Below, one piece after another: positions 57,573 through 58,752 of a stretch of 58,752 nucleotides of DNA. The notes below the pieces were generated by a model. That model was given only the letters and a program-made list of their open reading frames with translations. It was not told the DNA's origin and made no database searches. The translations under genes were made by a program, and so were the position numbers. Source of the stretch: an uncultured Anaerolineales bacterium (lineage in GTDB: Bacteria > Chloroflexota > Anaerolineae > Anaerolineales > UBA11858); the NCBI GenBank assembly GCA_964560795.1, contig CAZLNX010000002.1:1-58752 (forward strand), read 5' to 3'. Numbering within the stretch: the stretch's first letter is position 1; each line of letters begins with the position of its first letter.

Positions 57573-58333
57573 TATTTTTTATCCATATAGGAGTCAAGAT
57601 AGGGGTCATCATGCATCAGTTGTTCAACTAACTCCAAATCTGCCGGAGTATCAACCGCATGAGTTTGATTTTCGATCTCGACCAATTTCACATCAAGCCC
57701 ATGCTCAAGGATGCGTAACATATCGATCGACTCTGCTTGCTCCAGTGGTGTAGGTGGTAGATTAGTGTACTCAAAAAGAAAATCACGCCGGAAGGGAATG
57801 ATACATACTTGTTTATAAACGGGGATATTTTCGAAGCCAAACTTACGCCGGGTAGGAATTGGCTCTCGCGAGAAATAGAGCGCATTGCCACGCTGATCCA
57901 TGACCGTTTTAATCGTATTGGGATTATCCTGGTCGGCTTCGGTTTCGACGCGCTTCGCCAGGTTGACGCACTGAACGGCGGAGTCGGTAACAAACGGCTC
58001 GATAGCCATTGCGATCATCTCCGGGGTGGTCATCGGTTCATCACCCTGGATCATGACAACGATATCACAACCCATATCCTGAACAGCCTCAGCCACACGG
58101 TCACTGGCGCGTTCGTGTTCGTGCGAAGTCATGATAACTTTCCCACCAAAAGCCTCTACCGCTAAACGAATCTCTTCATCTGGTGTAGCTACAAAGACAG
58201 AACCTAATTGCTCACACAAAGCTGCGCGCCGATAAACATGTTCAATCATGGATATCCCCAAAATTGACGCCAGTGGTTTCCCAGGGAAACGGGACGAGCC
58301 CATGCGGGCGGGAATAATGCAAATATTTTTCAA
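57572..58333 (-). CDS. kdsB: 3-deoxy-manno-octulosonate cytidylyltransferase family (CMP-Kdo synthetase-like)
   Basis: IIPARMGSSRFPGKPL, SDRVAEA, IQGDEP, LYFSREPIP, LEQAESIDMLRILE, VDTPADL. GGAGG SD before TTG 58333. Confidence 0.88.
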   Translation of the reverse strand: MKNICIIPARMGSSRFPGKPLASILGISMIEHVYRRAALCEQLGSVFVATPDEEIRLAVEAFGGKVIMTSHEHERASDRVAEAVQDMGCDIVVMIQGDEPMTTPEMIAMAIEPFVTDSAVQCVNLAKRVETEADQDNPNTIKTVMDQRGNALYFSREPIPTRRKFGFENIPVYKQVCIIPFRRDFLFEYTNLPPTPLEQAESIDMLRILEHGLDVKLVEIENQTHAVDTPADLELVEQLMHDDPYLDSYMDKK

Positions 58334-58403
58334 TTCTTCCTCCGAGACTTTTTCATCCAAATCTGCATTTTCAATAATTGCATCATTGCGATGGTTATCC
58401 CTA

Positions 58404-58751
58404 TTAATCGTATTGCAGTCCAAAAAGTATTTTCCGTATACGATTTTTACGATTGGTATTCAAAGGATCAAAATAACGCGCCTGAATTGAAATTGGAAGG
58501 CCGGTCTTCAATTTTGCGCCGGGAAATTTTCGTTTCGCATATTTATCTATAAATTTACGACTTAATAGTCGAATATTCGGCACAGCCCCACCTTTTTTAT
58601 CCATCATAGGCCCAACTTTCGACAAAATTTGTTGAGAATCATTTTCGTTATCAGTCTTCTTGGGTAATGCCGCAGCAAAACTATCAGCAAACTCATTCCA
58701 ATTCAATAAATATAGAATTCGTAGAAATTCTGAAGCATCATTGGTGGGGAA
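58404..58751 (-). CDS. 3' end of an unidentified CDS truncated by the window edge
   Basis: The frame stays open from the window end to the TAA at 58404, in the same orientation as the operon. Confidence 0.55.
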   Translation of the reverse strand, partial: FPTNDASEFLRILYLLNWNEFADSFAAALPKKTDNENDSQQILSKVGPMMDKKGGAVPNIRLLSRKFIDKYAKRKFPGAKLKTGLPISIQARYFDPLNTNRKNRIRKILFGLQYD

Positions 58752-58752
58752 T

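Noticed and set aside
13753-58490. Numerous short plus-strand and nested ORFs in the glycan locus
   Set aside because: They overlap well-supported minus-strand genes and lack recognisable motifs.

Overview
Bacterial chromosomal window. The SH3/Pro-Thr lipoprotein style and gene content suggest an Anaerolineae-like Chloroflexota, but this is inference. 1-13.6 kb is a housekeeping/transport block: hisS followed directly by tRNA-His(GTG), a repeat-containing surface lipoprotein, two GNAT acetyltransferases, two MFS transporters, YigZ, a heterodimeric ABC exporter and a geranylgeranyl-reductase-family oxidoreductase. From 13.7 kb to the right edge is a single, visibly more AT-rich, minus-strand cell-surface glycan locus of at least 45 kb that continues beyond the window. 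It encodes about 20 GT2/GT4 and related glycosyltransferases, two priming phosphoglycosyltransferases, GT-C-like and O-antigen ligase/polymerase-like membrane proteins, seven SAM-methyltransferase domains, two sulfotransferases, an OafA-type O-acyltransferase, an SGNH protein and a KdsB-type cytidylyltransferase. The least explained elements are a methyltransferase fused to a ParB/Srx-like (DGNHR) domain, a Pol-beta-type nucleotidyltransferase coupled to a cytoplasmic alkaline-phosphatase-superfamily enzyme, and a CMP-ulosonate module. Also notable are recent tandem GT duplications and a chimeric GT4::IS200 tnpA pseudogene that the ORF track misses. No CRISPR array, rRNA, integrase or intact transposase was seen.
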